A program made the translations under genes and the position numbers. Below are positions 61,020-64,000 of a stretch of 64,000 nucleotides of DNA, in pieces. This DNA comes from an uncultured Chloroflexia bacterium (lineage in GTDB: Bacteria; Chloroflexota; Limnocylindria; QHBO01): assembly GCA_963750025.1 (NCBI GenBank), contig CAVVPF010000022.1:7884-71883 (forward strand), read 5' to 3'. The notes under the pieces were generated by a model. It saw nothing but the letters and a program-made list of their open reading frames with translations, ran no database searches and had not been told where the DNA came from. Positions within the stretch are counted from its first letter, which is position 1. Each line of letters opens with the position of its first letter.

Positions 61020-61874
61020 TCAGCCGCCCATCGAGATCAGGACGATCCCCGCCGTCGCCAGGCCAACCGCCGCCAACCCGAGCCGTGGCAACCGCTCGCC
61101 CAGCACGCCGCGGGCCAGCAGCATGGTGACCAGTGGATACATGCCGGAGAGCGCCGCCGCAACGCCGGTGGGGATCGAGGCGAATGCGATGACCACCAGA
61201 CCATTGGCGGTCACGTCGGCGGCACCCGCGGCCACGATCAGGCGGGCGTTCCGCCGCAGGCCGGTGCCCTGGCCGCGGATGAGCGCCGTGCCTCCGATCA
61301 GGACCGTGGCTGCCGCACGGCTGGCGATCAGCGCCCATAGCCGATCGTCACGCGCCGCCAGGTCGACGAAGACGAACCATCCACCGAATCCGACAGCGGC
61401 GACCGCCGCGAGCATGAGCGACCGTGCGTTGACCCCGTGCGCCATCGCCGCGCTGGCCGCCACCGCCGCGGCCACCGCGCAGGCCACCCCCGCCAGCTGG
61501 ATCGGAGCGACCACGACGCCCTGCAGGAACGCTCCCACCGACAGGGGGATGACCACGGCGCCGACGCCTGAGATGGCCGAAACGAGACCCATGTTGCCCA
61601 TCGCCAGGCCCGCGTAGAGGGCGGCCAGGCCGATCCCCCCGAACAGGCCTCCGATGGCGGCCAGCAGCAGGGTCGTTGGGAGTGGCGCTGCCGGATGGAG
61701 CACGGCGGCGAGGCCGAGCAGCACCAAGAGCCCGGCGGCCTGGGCGCCGCCGGTCACCGCCAGTGCGGTCGTGCGCCGTGCCGCGATCCCAGCCACGAAG
61801 TCGCCGGCGCCCCACGCCACGGCCGATCCCAAGCCCAGGATGACCCCGAGTCCCAGCACCGCGTCCTCCGCCAT
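61020..61874 (-). CDS. EamA/DMT-family transporter
   Basis: 285-aa protein with about ten hydrophobic helices, beginning '[26 protein letters not shown]'. The longer track ORF (to 63158) is a GC-shadow extension. Confidence 0.8.
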   Translation of the reverse strand: MAEDAVLGLGVILGLGSAVAWGAGDFVAGIAARRTTALAVTGGAQAAGLLVLLGLAAVLHPAAPLPTTLLLAAIGGLFGGIGLAALYAGLAMGNMGLVSAISGVGAVVIPLSVGAFLQGVVVAPIQLAGVACAVAAAVAASAAMAHGVNARSLMLAAVAAVGFGGWFVFVDLAARDDRLWALIASRAAATVLIGGTALIRGQGTGLRRNARLIVAAGAADVTANGLVVIAFASIPTGVAAALSGMYPLVTMLLARGVLGERLPRLGLAAVGLATAGIVLISMGG

Positions 61875-61958
61875 TCTCTTGACATGCAAGCAGCCCAACG
61901 GCACAGTGGGCCAACCTCCGAAGCAGCCTACCCGAGGCCGTTCTTGCCCGTCGAAACG

Positions 61959-63137
61959 ATGGCCGCATTCCAGGGCACCGCGCATACCGATGAAGCGACC
62001 GCCGGCTCGGCGCGTGCGGTGCCCGCTGTTCGCCTGGAGCGCCTCGTCAAGCGCTTCGGCGACGACCAGGTGGGTCGCCGGGTGGCCACCTTCGTGGAGC
62101 ACGACGGGACCTTCCCGGTCACCGCCGTCGACGGGATCGACCTCGACGTGCGCGACGGGGAGTTCTTCTCGATGCTCGGCCCGTCGGGCTCCGGCAAGAC
62201 CACCACCCTGCGCATGATCGCGGGCTTCGAGCTGCCGACCGAGGGTCGCATCCTGCTGCACGGTCGGGACGTCACCACGGTTCCGCCGTTTGACCGCGAC
62301 GTGAACACCGTCTTCCAGGACTACGCCCTCTTCCCGCACATGTCGGTGGGCGAGAACGTGGCCTACGGGCTGATGGTCCGCAAGGTCCCCAAGGCAGAGC
62401 GGGTGACGCGCGTGACCGAAGCGCTGCGGATGGTCCGCCTGGAGCAGTACGAACGCCGGCGCCCGGGCCAGCTCTCCGGCGGACAGCGTCAGCGCGTCGC
62501 GCTGGCCCGGGCCCTGATCAATCGGCCCAAGGTGCTGCTGCTCGACGAGCCGCTCGGCGCCCTGGACCTGAAGCTGCGCGAGGAGATGCAGATCGAGCTG
62601 AAGGCGATCCAACAGCAGGTCGGAATCACCTTCATCTACGTCACCCACGACCAGGAGGAGGCGCTCACCATGAGCGACCGCCTGGCCGTCTTCAACCACG
62701 GCCGAATCGAGCAGGTCGGCAGTCCGGCCGATGTCTACGAGCGGCCGAAGACCACCTTCGTGGCGGGGTTCGTGGGCACCTCGAACCTGCTCGCCGGCGA
62801 GACCGCACGAGCGGTGATCGGCAGCGACGGCACCTACACCGTCCGACCCGAGAAGATTCGGCTGGCGGCACCGACCGCCGAAGCCGGGCCCGATGAGCAA
62901 TCCGCGCTGGGACACGTCCGAGAAGTGGTGTACCTTGGCGCCGATACGCGCTACTTCGTGGCGCTGGACGTCGGCGGTGAGCTGGTGGTGACCCAGCAGA
63001 ACCTCGAGACGTCGTCGATGGAGGCGCTCGCCGCGCAGGGTCGGCCAGTTCGGTTGATCTGGAGACGGCAGCATGTGTTGTCCCTGGCCGGGAGCCGGGG
63101 ATCGGCGGGGGAAGGAGAGGGAGCGGAGAGCCCATGA
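61959..63137 (+). CDS. ABC importer ATPase (PotA/polyamine-type)
   Basis: 'GPSGSGKTT', '[15 protein letters not shown]', '[11 protein letters not shown]' and a C-terminal TOBE-like region. Confidence 0.85.
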   Translation: MAAFQGTAHTDEATAGSARAVPAVRLERLVKRFGDDQVGRRVATFVEHDGTFPVTAVDGIDLDVRDGEFFSMLGPSGSGKTTTLRMIAGFELPTEGRILLHGRDVTTVPPFDRDVNTVFQDYALFPHMSVGENVAYGLMVRKVPKAERVTRVTEALRMVRLEQYERRRPGQLSGGQRQRVALARALINRPKVLLLDEPLGALDLKLREEMQIELKAIQQQVGITFIYVTHDQEEALTMSDRLAVFNHGRIEQVGSPADVYERPKTTFVAGFVGTSNLLAGETARAVIGSDGTYTVRPEKIRLAAPTAEAGPDEQSALGHVREVVYLGADTRYFVALDVGGELVVTQQNLETSSMEALAAQGRPVRLIWRRQHVLSLAGSRGSAGEGEGAESP

Positions 63138-64000
63138 TGAGACTGCGAATCCCGGCAATGATCGTGGCGGTTGGCATGGTCGTCAGCGCCTGCAGCCAGG
63201 GCAGTACGCTGCCCAGCGGCGCGCTCGCATCAGTTGGTCCCGGCGAGGGGGAGCTCGACCTGGTGATCTGGACCGGATATGCCGAGAGCGGCAAGAACGA
63301 TTCGGCCTATGACTGGGTGACGCCGTTCCAGGACGCAACCCAATGCATCGTCAAGACCCAGGACGGCACTGACTCGGCCAACATGGTGCAGCTGATGCAG
63401 ACCGGCCAGTACGACGGTGTCTCGGCCTCGGGCGATGCCACGCTGCGCCTGATCCGCGGCGGCGAGGTCGCGCCGGTCAACCTTGACCTGATCCCCAACT
63501 ACGCCAATGTGTTCGCCGGCCTGAAGGATCAGCCGCACAACACGGTCGACGGGGTCTCGTACGGGGTGCCGCACGGGCGCGGCGCCAACGTCCTGATCTA
63601 CAACACCGACACCTTCCCCACCGCCCCCACCAGCTGGTCGGTGGTTTGGGAGAACGACTCGCCGGCGACCGGCAAGATCAGTGCCTACAACTCGGCCATC
63701 TACATCGCCGACGCGGCGCTCTACCTGATGAAGCACAAGCCGGACCTGAAGATCACCAACCCGTACGAGCTGGACGACGCCCAGTTTGCCGCCGCGGTCG
63801 ACCTGCTCAAGCAGCAGAACAAGATCATCGGCCAGTACTGGGGCACGGCGGCCCAGCAGATCGAGAGCTTCGCGGCGGGTGACATGCTGGCTGGGACGAC
63901 CTGGCAGTACCAGGTCAACCAGCTGACCGATTCACCAGTCGCCGCCACGCTCCCCGACGAGGGGTCCACCGGCTGGTCGGATACCTGGATGATCAGCTCA
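63134..64000 (+). CDS. Lipoprotein solute-binding protein (PotD/PotF-like), 3'-truncated by the window edge
   Basis: '[20 protein letters not shown]|SQG' gives a lipobox, and the frame stays open to 64000. The start overlaps the PotA-like stop. It is absent from the ORF track because there is no stop codon in the window. Confidence 0.8.
   Translation, partial: MMRLRIPAMIVAVGMVVSACSQGSTLPSGALASVGPGEGELDLVIWTGYAESGKNDSAYDWVTPFQDATQCIVKTQDGTDSANMVQLMQTGQYDGVSASGDATLRLIRGGEVAPVNLDLIPNYANVFAGLKDQPHNTVDGVSYGVPHGRGANVLIYNTDTFPTAPTSWSVVWENDSPATGKISAYNSAIYIADAALYLMKHKPDLKITNPYELDDAQFAAAVDLLKQQNKIIGQYWGTAAQQIESFAAGDMLAGTTWQYQVNQLTDSPVAATLPDEGSTGWSDTWMISS

Overview
This is a very GC-rich bacterial window, probably actinobacterial or Chloroflexi-like, though that is a guess from composition and gene content. 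Genes are densely packed, and many neighbours overlap by 4 nt (ATGA/GTGA), which marks operons.

Main blocks:
- **1-4.3 kb:** an accessory islet with an IS1-family transposase, a DUF3467-like ORF and an HNH-motif protein.
- **Regulators:** two large ATP-binding LuxR-type (LAL) regulators at 4.6-7.4 kb and 11.9-14.8 kb, plus a smaller LuxR regulator at 32.0-32.8 kb.
- **15.4-26.4 kb:** a divergent 11-kb cluster resembling the E. coli ygeW/ssnA/xdhD purine-catabolism neighbourhood. It encodes a PreA-like Fe-S flavoenzyme, SsnA, a fused 2Fe-2S/molybdopterin hydroxylase, two PLP enzymes, an aspartate carbamoyltransferase (ATCase)-like and a YgeW-like carbamoyltransferase, and a carbamate kinase.
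- **Transport:** an MMPL transporter, and an ABC ATPase followed by three paralogous permeases.
- **39.6-42.6 kb:** tRNA-Arg(TCT), then two ArsA/Get3-like ATPase genes preceded by two small paralogous genes.
- **43.4-64 kb:** cstA; an acoX-lplA-acoA-acoB-acoC operon interrupted by an IS481 remnant; USP, rubrerythrin-like and GNAT genes; a CoA-transferase; a FabD-like gene with a fused-E1 gene; and DMT, PotA-like and solute-binding genes at the right edge.

No rRNA genes and no CRISPR array were seen.

Most unusual observations:
1. A four-copy modular intergenic repeat family has an invariant 103-nt internal spacing.
2. Hairpins at two or three sites mimic the acceptor/T minihelix of the local tRNA-Arg.
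3. The composition of the ygeW/ssnA/xdhD-type cluster is atypical.
4. At least 14 frameshifts or nonsense lesions are concentrated in a minority of genes, while about 34 kb of other coding sequence is intact.

All calls come from reading the sequence and the ORF track by eye. No database search was run.
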